A stretch of DNA of 64,000 bases from Vitrella brassicaformis CCMP3155 (taxonomy: Eukaryota > Protista > Chromerida): the NCBI GenBank assembly GCA_001179505.1, contig CDMY01000402.1, forward strand, positions 1 through 64,000, in the 5' to 3' direction. Shown here piece after piece: positions 49,747-61,340 of this stretch. The position numbers were made by a program, and so were the translations under genes. Within the stretch, counting starts at the first letter, position 1; each line of letters begins with the position of its first letter. The notes below the pieces were generated by a model, which was not told where the DNA came from, did not search any database, and saw nothing but the letters and a program-made list of their open reading frames with translations.

Positions 49747-50730
49747 TGACTACGCGCACACCCGCCGCCGCCGCCGTGAGGCAAAAACTTCTGAGTAAGG
49801 GAATCGCCTTGCCCGACATCCATGCCGACGACCCCAAGGAGGTCACGAACAAGTACGACAGCCTGAAGCGCAACCACCCGGAGGTGAGCAGGGCAGGGAG
49901 GCGCATGCACCAGTGCGCAATGGCACCAGGGGCATTGACGACGTTCATTCGTTTTGCTCTCCCACTGCAGGAGCACCGTGAGAGGATGGAGTCGGTGAGG
50001 GGCACCAAGGAGGCGACGGAACTTGTCGTCATGTTCAACGCATACAAAGAGGAGCTGCAGAAGGTATGTCAGACGCACATCCATCCACACACGGAGTACG
50101 TGACACTCGGTGTGCTGTGTGGGCCGCTCGCCGTTTTCCAGAAGTGGGAGGCCACCAAGGATGGCGAAGGCCGCCAAGGCCGCCAAGGCCGCCAAGGCCG
50201 CCAAGGATCCTGCCAGCACCAGCCGCCAGCAACATCATCAGGAGAGGGAGAGACGCGAGCGCGAGCGTGAGCATCCGGAGCGTCAGCCTTCGGCCCCCCT
50301 CGCCGCCTCCGTCTCGGCGTCGCTCCCTCCCGCCGGCCTGCAGACGTCATGGGCGCCGTCGATCGGCAGCAAACAGCCGAGGATAGCCACTGTGGGTGGC
50401 ACCCCCTACCGCCCGGCCCCCACCTGCGCCCCGCCGCCCATGCCGCACGCCACCACCAAGGCCCACCACGGCGGCAGCCAGCTGGCGGTGCTGGTGTCCC
50501 ACTGGGGGGAAGGGGAGGATGGCTTTTACGCCAGCTCCCTGACCCAGTGGGACCTGGCCTACTGGGAGAGGAAGGGGCCGTGGTGGCTGGTGTCGTGGGA
50601 GGTGCCGGAGGCATCCTGCTGCTGTGTGGAGATGGGGAGGAGCATGGTGCGAGGGGTGCGGATGGCGGGGGCGTGGCTCGAGGCGGCGGCTGACGATGTC
50701 GGCCGCCGCCTCAAATCCCTCCTCCATTGA
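49683..50730 (+). CDS. Unknown small protein family member 2 (probable frameshift at the 9-bp repeat in exon 3)
   Basis: AAAVRQKLLSKGIALPDIHADDPKEVTNKYDSLKRNHPE | EHRERMESVRGTKEATELVVMFNAYKEELQK | KWEATKD, then (GCCGCCAAG)n. The extent of the C-terminus is uncertain. Confidence 0.45.
50680..50712. repeat. 15-bp inverted repeat (hairpin) with a 3-nt loop
   Basis: GAGGCGGCGGCTGAC-GAT-GTCGGCCGCCGCCTC: 14 of 15 Watson-Crick pairs plus one G-U. Confidence 0.85.
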
Positions 50731-50945
50731 GGGGCGGTCGGCCTCTCGGGCGCTGTCAGCGGCGTCGGAGATGGTCGGCCGCACGTTCTTTTTCTTTTTC
50801 GCCCCCTCTCCCTTTTCTTTCAGCCCCGCCCCCCGTCGCAGCCTCTTCCGATCCCTCTCGCCCTCTCTCCCAGCCCCCCAGTGACCACCACCACTATCAC
50901 CACCATGCCAACCCACCCCAACCCGATCGTCGGCATCTGACCACC

Positions 50946-51245
50946 NNNNNNNNNNNNNNNNNNNNNNNNNNNNNNNNNNNNNNNNNNNNNNNNNNNNNNN
51001 NNNNNNNNNNNNNNNNNNNNNNNNNNNNNNNNNNNNNNNNNNNNNNNNNNNNNNNNNNNNNNNNNNNNNNNNNNNNNNNNNNNNNNNNNNNNNNNNNNNN
51101 NNNNNNNNNNNNNNNNNNNNNNNNNNNNNNNNNNNNNNNNNNNNNNNNNNNNNNNNNNNNNNNNNNNNNNNNNNNNNNNNNNNNNNNNNNNNNNNNNNNN
51201 NNNNNNNNNNNNNNNNNNNNNNNNNNNNNNNNNNNNNNNNNNNNN
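50946..51245. other. Assembly gap (300 N)
   Basis: Run of N. Confidence 1.
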
Positions 51246-53376
51246 TCGTGTCTGTCAGTGAGTACGTGAGAGAATCGTCCACCCAGGAGCACTCTCCTCC
51301 TGTCCCATTTGGTCGAAACGGAGTCACCCATCTCTTGCTGTGCTGTGTTGTGTTGTGTTGTGTTGTGTTGCAGGACCGAGCTCAACAAGATGAAATACGA
51401 GCTCGCCAGGCTCCAAGACGAGAGCGCACTGCACCGGTAACGCAGACACATGTAATTCAACAGTGTGCGCACGGTCATCGCTGTGTGTTTCATTTCATCA
51501 GGGAGCTGGAGGCCGCCCGCAGTGAGCTGACGACAGCCTGCCGAGAGCACCACAAGGAGCTCATGGAGGTCAAATACGAGCTCTGGTTAGCTCCCACAAC
51601 AATGCACTCACGCAAGCTGACGTGGCGTCATCCTTCCCTTGCTCTTTGCTTGTGTACTCAGGGGGCTGGAGGAGGCTCACCGCGACCTCAAGGCCGCCAT
51701 GGAGCAGGCCACACGCAGGCACCAGGCGGAGCTGGAGGAGCACAAGGCCCAGTGCGAGTGAGTGATAACGAACGACGAAACGACACAGCTGCATCGTCCA
51801 TGGAGGGATGGATGGATGGATGTGCTGTTTGTGTGGCTGTTTTGTGTCGACTGACAGAGAGCTGGAGAGTCGACTCGACCTCGCCAGTCGGCGGCGCAGA
51901 GAGCTGTCGGACGACGTCAACCAGCGCGACGACGTCAACCAGGCATGCCACAATTGTTGCCGACCATTTCTGAGCACATGACTTGTATGCTGCTATGCTT
52001 CTCTGTGTGATGGGTGCTTCAGCCGGCTGGTGCAGGAGAAGGGCGAGCTCGGCAAGGCGTCGGAGGGCAAGACGCAGGAGTTGGAGCGGCTGCAGACGGC
52101 CCATCGGGGCGCCACCACAGCCACCATGCGTCTTGCCCACGAGCTGCGCCTTGCCAAGGAGGAGGCCGGCCTCAGGCACTGCCCATTCAACCTGCATTGC
52201 TCTCTTTCTCTCTGTGCGTGTGTGTGCAGACGACATGGCCTGGTTCATCCCGACAAGCCGCCGTGTACGCGTCCAAAGGATGCAATGCTATCTTCTCATT
52301 CGTGCCTGTGTGTGGGTCTTTGTCTGTGTCTGTGTGTAGGCCTTGCGATTGAGGGAGGCGGCCGGTTGGTGTGACACCCCCGCGGCAACCTCTACTTCAC
52401 CCACGAAGGGCGTGCGCCTCCGTCTCCCCGAAGAGATGCGCCAGCTCCCGCGGACAGGAGGGCCCTCCCTACCCTCCCGAGTGGATAAACCCCGACGGCA
52501 GCTTCAACAGCGAGGAGGTGACCGAGCTGCCATGGGAACAGCCGGGGTGGACAGGGTGGAGGCCCGAGACGCCTGCCCCTGCGGCCGGGGCGGCGGCGGG
52601 AGGGGTGCAACGGCCTGCAGGGAGTGGTGCGGCTGGCCATGAGGGCAAGCATCGCGCGTCTGCAGGACCGCCTGGCTGAGCAAGACCAAGGGCTCAGTGA
52701 GATGCAGGTGCGGTGGGTGGGTGGGACACATCAATGCGCGACCAGTCCATACGGATGTGTATAGTTCGTCTTTCCTTCTGTCTGCATGTTTGCCTCTCTC
52801 TCTCCCTCCGTGTCTGTGTCGACAGGCTTATCCATTGTTCGCTGGTGTTGCCCCCCGCCCACTCGGGCGCTGAAGCTGTCTGTGTGATTGTATTGTGTGC
52901 TCGCGTCTCGTATTTGTGCTCAGGCGTCGTCCCATGGTGACGTGGAGGAGCTGCAGGGTGCGCACGAGCGGGAGCTGCAGGCGGTGCGTGGTGCCCTGCA
53001 GGAGACACGAAGCCAGCTCAGGAACGCACGCAGTTCGCTGGAGGTCGAAAGGTCAGTCGGGCGGTGAGCCAATGAGGGCAACACCACACGGACATGTACA
53101 CCCACACCGATTTATCATGCCGCCCTTGTTTTGGTCGCCAGAATTGAATCCGAAGAGACCATCAGCAGGCTCCGCCAGACCGTTTCAGAGCATCGACAGC
53201 TGCAGGTGCGTCCGTCCGTTTGGGTGCACCAAAGGGCGGGGGCATGTCTGGATGGGTGTGGGTGTTGGTGTGTCATGTGGCTGGGTGTAGGAGTCCAACG
53301 ACGAGGTGCAGGCGCGGCTACAGGAGCAGATCTCCCGCAATCTCGAACTGCAGAACGCCCTTGACACGGCCCAGCA
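51246..53376 (+). pseudogene. Unknown coiled-coil protein, paralogue D (disrupted and 3'-truncated)
   Basis: Colinear with 45823-47470. A donor is lost near 51935, foreign sequence is inserted at ~52169-52603, and homology ends at gacacggcccagca (53376). Confidence 0.7.
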
Positions 53377-54294
53377 CACGAGAAGGCGCCGCTTCTTATC
53401 TCTGCCTACATTTTATATTCCGTGTACGTGAAACTCCCGCAACTGCGCCCTGTCTATCGTTGGACGCATGTGCGCCTTCCTGTGCGTATGATGGTGTGTG
53501 CGCGTGAGACATACCACGGATGACATTTCCATCGATGCTAAGTTATTTCCATCGATGCGTTCGTTATTTCGTTACACAATTCCATGGATTGGTCCATCCA
53601 CCAGACAGACACCAGCAACCAAGCATACTATGGGTTCAAAACTGAGGCGCACACACACACACACATAAGACGTATGTGTCACGGACGCAAACCATGACCT
53701 GTACAACGACACGACACGACACGACAGGCACACAGAGACACCTACGTGCACAGAGAGGTAGACAGACAGAGGTAGGGTAGGCGGGTGTCCCTTCGGGCTG
53801 CATAGGTAGCATCATCAGCTCGTCCACACACAGACATACACACATACACAGGCATATATGTATGAATTCACGGTGACCACGCACTAAATCAATCGCTTCA
53901 AACAGCTGAGAAAAGCGATCGAAGCTGTCGGGGAGATCGCCAACCTTTCGACGGCCCCTGTCCTTCAGAGATAGGATGAAAAGGAAACCCCCCAAAGCAG
54001 AAGAGACACCAGCAGCCACGCTAAGAGCCAAGAAGGAATGAGGTATGTCGGTCGCGAGCAGCTGTCTACCCCCATCTCTGTAGGCTTCTCTTCACCGCTC
54101 ATGTCCCCCCCTCTTAGCCATCGTGTGGACAGCAATGCACCCACACATTGCTGACGAGGGCTGAAAGGAGGGCGGGAGAGCGGTGAAGATGCGCCAAGAG
54201 ACGTTGGCAATCTACACATACGGCACCATCGCACGACTAAGCGGTCGCTGGCTGTCTGTCTGTCTGTCTGTCCAACTCTCCGCCCGCCCGTTAA

Positions 54295-56237
54295 TCAACA
54301 CGGACAGACCCCCTCCGACACCACCACGCCGGCCCCGACGGGCGGAGCAGCCACACACTCGCCCCCAGCCACACACGACACCCCATTAACCATCTTCATC
54401 CCATTCACGTACGCCTTCCCACGCCCAACGCTGCCGCCGCCCTCGTCGATCCGCTTGGCGCCTGGTGGATGGGTGTGGTGCCAGTAGTGCGGGTGCGTCT
54501 CCTTCTTCTTGAGGGTCGCACCGCGCACACCAGCAGATGAGGGCATGGCCACCATCCCCGACGCCTCGATCCGCCTCTCTGTCGCGCTGTCGACCTCCCG
54601 ACTCTGCTGCTGCTGCTGGTGGTGACTGGGCTGGTGCTGATTGTGGTGGGGTGGGTGCTGATGGCAATCGTGGAAGATCTCCTGCTGCTCCCTGTCCTTG
54701 CGATTGTCTTGGTCCTGGTTGTGCTCGCGCGGTGTGGTGTGCGTGGGGGGCGGGGGCGGAGGCGGGGGAGGGGGCGCAGGCTGCTTGGTGCTGGTGCGGA
54801 GTGAGAGGATGTGCCTGACGTCTTTGGTCTTGCGGACGGCGAGCAGGAGGGGTATGAGATCCAGGAGGGCCCTGTCGTCGCGCTGGCCCCACCACCCCTG
54901 GATGGGGAGCGCGTTCTCTGAGGAATGAACAGATGGATGGATGGACACGTGGATGGATGGACGGGCCTCATGTTGGTGCAGTGCAGGGGCTGTTGTGTTG
55001 TGTTGTGTTGTGTGTATACCTACCTGGGAATTTGGAGTATGCGATTGGCGAGTCGTCGACCAGGATGACGCGAGACAGCTCGTGGCGCACAATACGCAGA
55101 TCCTGAGGCAACGAAACAAACGGTTAACGATGGACGAGAGAGTGGATGGATGAATGCATCGCATATATCAACGACAGAGAGCAAGCTCAGCTCGCCTTGG
55201 CTTGGCATACCTACCTTGACAAACTGCCCATTGTCGTTCTGCACACAGCTGTCCCTGCACGGCACACATGCAGAGCAGACACACAGACACAGGCGGTCAC
55301 TGCACTGCACTGCTGGTCTGTCTGTCAGTCGTGCTGGGTGTGTGGTCTGGTCTGGTCTGGTCTGGTCTGGCTGACCTGAAGAATCGCTTGTCGACGTATG
55401 TGTGAAGGTCCAGCTGGTCGATGATTGCGTCAGCATACTCCTGCCGACCCGCTGTGTACACAACGATCTCGTAAACCGGGTACATCTCCGCGAGAAACCT
55501 CATCAAGTGCGGCCTCCTGGCCACGCGGAAGGTGGCGACCCTCTCGTCCACGCGCACATCCACCTTGACCGTCCGCACAGCCACCTCACGGAGGTCGTTG
55601 TGCCCGCTCACACCATTGCCCCAGATAATGATCTCCCGACCGCCATTGGCACCGCCCGTCCCGCCCGCAGAAGAGCGCCGCGTGCGGCGTCGCTCGCGCG
55701 TTGAGGTGGCACGGTCAGGCGGCGCGTCGGATGGCGGGGAAGGGGCCGTGTGTGTGCGGGGCGACGGGTCCTGATGTGATGACACACATAGACAGACAGA
55801 CAGACAGACACATGCAGTGCAGTGCAGTGAGTGCGTTTGCTGAGCGAGCTGCATGGCGGACATACCGGCAGTTTGACGGCATGGATGAGGGTCTCGTCCA
55901 AATCTAGGACCAGGGTCATCGACGGCCGCACCCTTCGGCCGCTATCGAGCCTCCTGACGTGATGGCCGCCCACCAGGCGGCCGTACGATACAGGTCCTCC
56001 CCTAAGCAGCGTCACCAGATGGCCTGCAAGAGAACGGGGAAAAGATATCAACAGGTGTGAGATGTCTGTCAGTTGCTCCTCATCATCGTCGGAACGCAGC
56101 GGACCTGGGAGAGACTCGACGGCAGCCAGGAAGCTCCACACATAGCGAAGGAGAGAGCGGGTGAAATTGATGAGGTGCCTGAAGCGGAAGCGCAGGCGAG
56201 CCATCAGCTGAGTGCCGCCACCGGCCATCAGCCGCAT
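54295..56237 (-). CDS. FCP1/SCP (NIF) family HAD phosphatase, Dullard/CTDNEP1-Nem1-like
   Basis: TLVLDLDETLIH, RRPHLMRFL, YTAGRQEYADAIID, VKDL, ILVDDSP, ENALPIQGWW...LLDLIPLLLAVRKTKDVRHILSLR. The start Met is uncertain (56237, 56228 or 56204). Confidence 0.85.
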
Positions 56238-59102
56238 GTCAGCGAGAGCTCGGGAATACCGAGCTCGAAAGAATACCAGTGCGATGCCTCAGTTGTCAAT
56301 GCACTTCATGCCGTCAACTGTGCCAAAGACCAAAAAGAGAGAAGCCGAAAAAGCCTTCCGAACGTGCTCTACCACAAACGCGTTTCACGCCTTCATGCCC
56401 TAAGCGCTTCGACGGCAGCAGACGCCTTTCTTTGCTTTTGGGAGCTCTTTAGGGATGCGAGGGCAGCGCGGCTGCCTTCCGCCGTCGCGCAGGCCCTCCT
56501 CGAGTGGCAGGAGGTCCTCGCAACGCAGCACGGCAGCCGGGCGACGCTCGAGAAGGCCTCCATGGGACGTAAGGCCACACACGCACATGCATACATCTGC
56601 ATTCATGCATGCACTGTTCTGTTCACACCGGTTGGTTGCAGGACAGCATCAGTGACATGAATCGCTATCGGCTGCCAGAGGAGGTTCTTCGTCATCGCCG
56701 GCAGATGGCTGTGTCATCGCACGAGGCCACGGCACGGTTCGCCTATCGGCATCACATTGAGGAGATACGGCGCGGCAGTATGGCACCGATCATCAAACAG
56801 GTATGTACTAGTGAGGACTACATGCCGGACGGATGCCTCTGCTCATGGATGGATGGATGGGTGGATTGGTGTGGATGAATGCAGGTTCGTGACTACACCC
56901 CCCCGCCCACCCGTTCCATCTTCACCGAGGCACTGGGACAAGACAACAATAATGACATCAACACCCACCGTCACTTCACGAGAACGGCCAACCACGTCAA
57001 CCTCCCGCCCGCCCGACTTCGCGGCAGCAGGGGAAGGATGACTGCCAGCTCGGGTGACGCTGATTCAGGTACGTACAAAGGGGGGGGGAAAGACGAGCCC
57101 ACCGACGGTGTGGCATGGGTCTACCTCAGTTGACGAGACCGACCTAGAGGCTGAGGTAGAGATCTTCCGTTCGGTGCGTGAGGAGCTGTCGTCGCTTGTG
57201 GGTGCCACCGTCAGCGATGCAGACACATCGTTCGAGGCGTACCAGCGGCAGGGCAGCCCTCCCAAGGCACCAGAGCCGCTGTCTGAGTCACTGGTGAAGG
57301 CGCAGCTGCATCAGCAGGGGGGCGGGGAGGGGGAGGGTGTGGATGCGGATGCGGATGCGGGTGCGGGCTGCGAGAAAGGTGATGCAGTAGTTGGGGAGAG
57401 TATGGGTGGCCTGGGAGCGATCCGCAAGGAATCGCCTGATGATAAGGTGCGTGGGTGTTGGCTGACATAGATGCAAGCCCCTAACACTTTCTGTTCATGG
57501 GTTTTGGTGTGTGCGCAGGTTGGTGTGGAGAAGACCGACGTCGCCCCCGCCGATCGTCGTGCAGACTCGCAGCCTCCCACCCGCCCACCGTTGGCACGGA
57601 AGCGCCCACCGCTCCCTCCCCAGCATCGCAAGACCGCCCCAGCGGCCGGCAAACAAGGGGAGGCCGTCCATGTCATTCCCTCTGCTCCTCTCGTGATGGA
57701 ATCCTTTTGCCGTGAGCAGGAGGAGTCCATCGCGGGAGAGGAGGGAGGGAAGGCGGCTTGTGTGGAGGAGTGCGTGGCGGGCGAGCAGGACGGTGGGGAA
57801 GGGGCTACTGTAGCTAACGGCGCGGATGATGCAGATGACCCGGTAAGTGACTGACGGGGAAAACGGCACATTCAAATGGACACGACACACACTCTCATGT
57901 GTGTCGTGTCGTGTTGTCAGGCCCCCAACGGCACAACCGCATCGCCACTGGAGGGCCTCTCGTCGCCATCTCCCGTCAAGACGACGCGACACGCACCCAC
58001 ACCCATCCAGAGGGACATTGTCGGCCGATCGGTGCGCATAATTCCGTCAGACACCACCACAGATACGATGGCCAGCGAGGGGGAGAGGGCGGCCAAGGCG
58101 GGCAAAGATAAGCCGCTTGAGATGTCGGCGTCGGGCAAGGCGGAGGAGGTGACGAAGGGGGCACTGGGGGGAGAGGGGGGAGGCGGCAACACCATGCTGG
58201 TAAGAGAAGGGACCACTCACACAAACTGCAACATGCAACCAACCGGCATTGTCTGTCGTCCATGTAATCGTTTCTCAGGTGGACCGTCGTGGCCAAGATG
58301 TGCTGGCTGGACGAAAGGCGCTTCAGAGGCCAAAGGCCTACAGCCCTGAGGAATCGCCCCTGACGCCTCCCCGCAGGCACTCGAGGACGGGCCTCGAGAG
58401 TGCGGCGTTGGTGCACAATCGAGCGCAGTCGCCGCCGTCCCCGTCAGTGCAGCCCCGCAGGCCCCCGGCACCGCACCCTGATCCCCAACAGCCATCCCCA
58501 CCAAACCCACACAAACAAGACAGCTTCCTGGTATGTGTGTATGCTCTCCACATGCACACAATGCCTGAGTGCTCACACCCAGAAATCCGTTTCATCCTGT
58601 CTGTCTGTCTGCCTGCCTGTCCGTTTGTCTGCAGGCGTACCTGCGTAACGAGACACTGTTCGAGTCGACTCCCCCATCGCCGCCCCGGTCGATGAAACCC
58701 GACTTCGAGATCCTCGCCGACCGCTACCCCTACAACAGCAATGTCAGCCGGGCCGCCTCGGCAGCCAACAGCGAGGAGGGGAGGGGGGGATGGAATGGGG
58801 TCAGCGACGGGGTGCCGTTTCCCATCGTAAGGGGCGACTTCGGGACGGTGTCGTGTGTGGGCAAGGAGCTCCTGCACACCAAGCCGCGAACCACCGAGCG
58901 ACCGGTGAGGGGTGGGGTGAATGGATGGCCTGGCCTTCATTGCATTCGTGTGTCTGTGTGTTTGTGTTTGTGTTTGTGGTTGTGTGTGTGGTTGTAGGGT
59001 GGATGTGTGTACAGGGACGATATTGGCGTTGGGTTGGCTGAAGGGCCGAAGAGGCGGCGTGCGCCCATGCGGTTCACTCCGGCCACACAAATGCACAAAT
59101 AG
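56236..59102 (+). CDS. Hypothetical low-complexity protein, ~9 exons
   Basis: MSARAREYRARK...KAFRT-ASTAADAFLCFWELF... requires a 41-nt intron. Later exons splice through to ...PKRRRAPMRFTPATQMHK*. No domain recognised. Confidence 0.5.
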
Positions 59103-59598
59103 CTGGCAGTGAGTGTGTGGAGACAGATGTATGTATGTATCTGGGTGTGTGTGGGTGTGGTGTGTGGCTGATGGGCATGGATCGGTGTGTGTGTGGGTGG
59201 CAAGACAAGAGGCACATGATACCATTCAAGTGCGTTGGCAGCTATGAGCTCTCGCGTCTGCATGAATCACTCACTGTAGAGGTCGATCACTCTACTGTAG
59301 TCCGCATTAGTGTACACACAGTGGAAAAAAGGTACATGCATACCATACATCATTGGACGCATAAAGACGGCCTGCTCGGGACACCCCCAGAAACTCGACC
59401 ATTACATTACATTACAAACACCGAACGTTCAGTGAGCGTGAGGACATCAATCAAAAGCACCGCGCCCCTCTCCAAACAAATGCATTTTGATCGTCAATCT
59501 TACCGGCATCCTCTTGCACCGTCGAATCTGCATACACGTGCAGAGCATTGCCGTTTTGGCCACCTTGCGTAGATGCACTGACTGACCTTTCTTCCACA

Positions 59599-61340
59599 TT
59601 AATTGGAAACGAGAGCAGCAACACAGATGCAGCAGAGCCCAGCAGCAATTCCGAGGGCTGTGTTGCAGCAGAGCCCAGCAGCAATTCCGAGGGCAATTTT
59701 GACAGTCAGTGCTGTTCGGCCGGGCGGCGACAGCCGAGTGCGACGCAAAACGTCCAGTTGGAGATGAAACTTGGGCCGCTCTGGTGGTGACGAGTCGGTG
59801 CAGTCGGCCCTAAATTTGGAACGACAAATAACACAGAACGCCATGCCCTTCCCGCTCTCTTTTCCCCTTACTTGTCGTTGAATAGCTTCAACAATTCCTT
59901 GTCGTTGACATGCGACTGCTTCAGTGTGGCCTCCAGTGTCGCTGCAATGTGTGGGCGGGGAGCTGCCGTGTGCAAGCGCACGTGCGCGGTCTTGACAGGC
60001 CCATTGTCTCCGACAGTCGAAAGGAGCCCACCAACCTCTCGGTAGAAACGCCTCACATCAGTGAGGGCCTTGGCAGCATCCGTGATGCCCGCCGACCAAT
60101 CGGCCAGCAGCCGTCTCCTGATGAGCTTCTCGTGGTAGAACCGGATCGACTCATCGCACTTCTCCTTCAGACGTAAGTCACCATGGAATGTCCCGTGCAG
60201 CTGTGCCATAGCCACTCGGTATTCCAGCCAGGTGCCGAACATGGGCGATGCGTCGAGGAAGGGCAGCTGGCGGCCGTCGTCCATGGTGATGCGGGGGAGG
60301 GCACTCATGTGGCGCAGCAGCAGGTGGGCCAGGTAGGTGTTGGCGAGGGCAGGCAGCGCCAAGGCATCTGGTGCCAGGACGACGGTGCGGCCGCCCACAT
60401 TGAGATGGATATCGCCAGCCTTGAGGACTTGCGAGGCTTCAATGTCAGTAAAGAGAGTGCCGCCGTGCCGGCGGACCGTCTCGTGGATGGCATCAATCGT
60501 CGCCTGGAAGTCGCTGCAATGCGTCTTGACGACGCGACTCGGTGTCCCCTCCTCTGTTGCCGCTGTGCCCTGAGCGCCGTCGATTTTGTTGTCATCAGCT
60601 TGTGCCTTCGACTGGGGAGTGGCCCTCTCCTCACGGCCCTGCACACGCATACATAAGGTCATTGCTTTCGGAGGTGACCCAATATGCACGAGCCGACCTA
60701 CTCACCTGCTTATATATCTCCTGAACCTTGAGCTGCAGAGCGCAGACGGCCGTCTTGACCTGCTCAAGAGCCCCTCGTTGGTCGCCAGCCTGTAAGAAGG
60801 ATACACGTGTGTGCTGCCTGGGTCGTCATTCATGAGATTCCCGTCTGTCTGTCTATACCGACCTGGTTATCGAGGAGGGACTGAACGCTGTCCCGCAAGG
60901 CGCCCAACTCCTCACGCACCTGACCCATCTGTATGCATGTAGGACACACACACGCATTGCCCTTCATGGATCCGTCAAGCGTGTGCACGTCCGCCGCCCC
61001 AGAGTACCTCTGCGTAGGTGGTGGTGAGCGCGGCATTGAGCGTGGCATCGATGGCCTTTATCTTCTTCTTGATTGTGGTGATGCTGTCCGAGAGGGTGAC
61101 CCTTTCGCGCTTGGCGATGCCCTCAGACACATGGGCCACATACGAACCGACCTGAGCGATACATAAACAAACACACACAAAGAGGCAGATAGGGATACAA
61201 ATGATGCTGTGTGCGGTTGGGTTCTCTCTGTCAACGAATCACCTGACCTGCCGGGCGGTGTTTGTGTCCCGAGAAGGGTCTGCACCACACACAGCACACA
61301 GGACGATGCAATGCACCAATCCGGCGGCTTGTCATCTGGC
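59599..61340 (-). CDS. BTB/POZ (KCTD T1-type) protein with an N-terminal coiled coil and a hydrophobic C-terminus
   Basis: IHLNVGGRTVVL...TYLAHLLL...PFLDASP..F.WL is a KCTD-type BTB pattern. GTAAG donor after LKLFND and a final exon ending IALGIAAGLCCICVAALVSN*. The 5' end is uncertain. Confidence 0.6.
59629..59694. repeat. 36-bp-period tandem duplication inside the last BTB exon
   Basis: gcagcagagcccagcagcaattccgagggc at 59629-59658 and 59665-59694. It duplicates ALGIAAGLCC in frame. Confidence 0.9.

Noticed and set aside
53636-54234. Minus-strand membrane-protein-like fragment (HSFLALSVAAGVSSALGGFLFIL...)
   Set aside because: No start or coherent splice chain could be built. It may be UTR of the phosphatase or a remnant.
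59629-59694. CRISPR-like repeat-spacer appearance of short direct repeats (also 21908 and 16790)
   Set aside because: Only two units each, tandem with no unique spacers, in a eukaryotic context with no cas genes.
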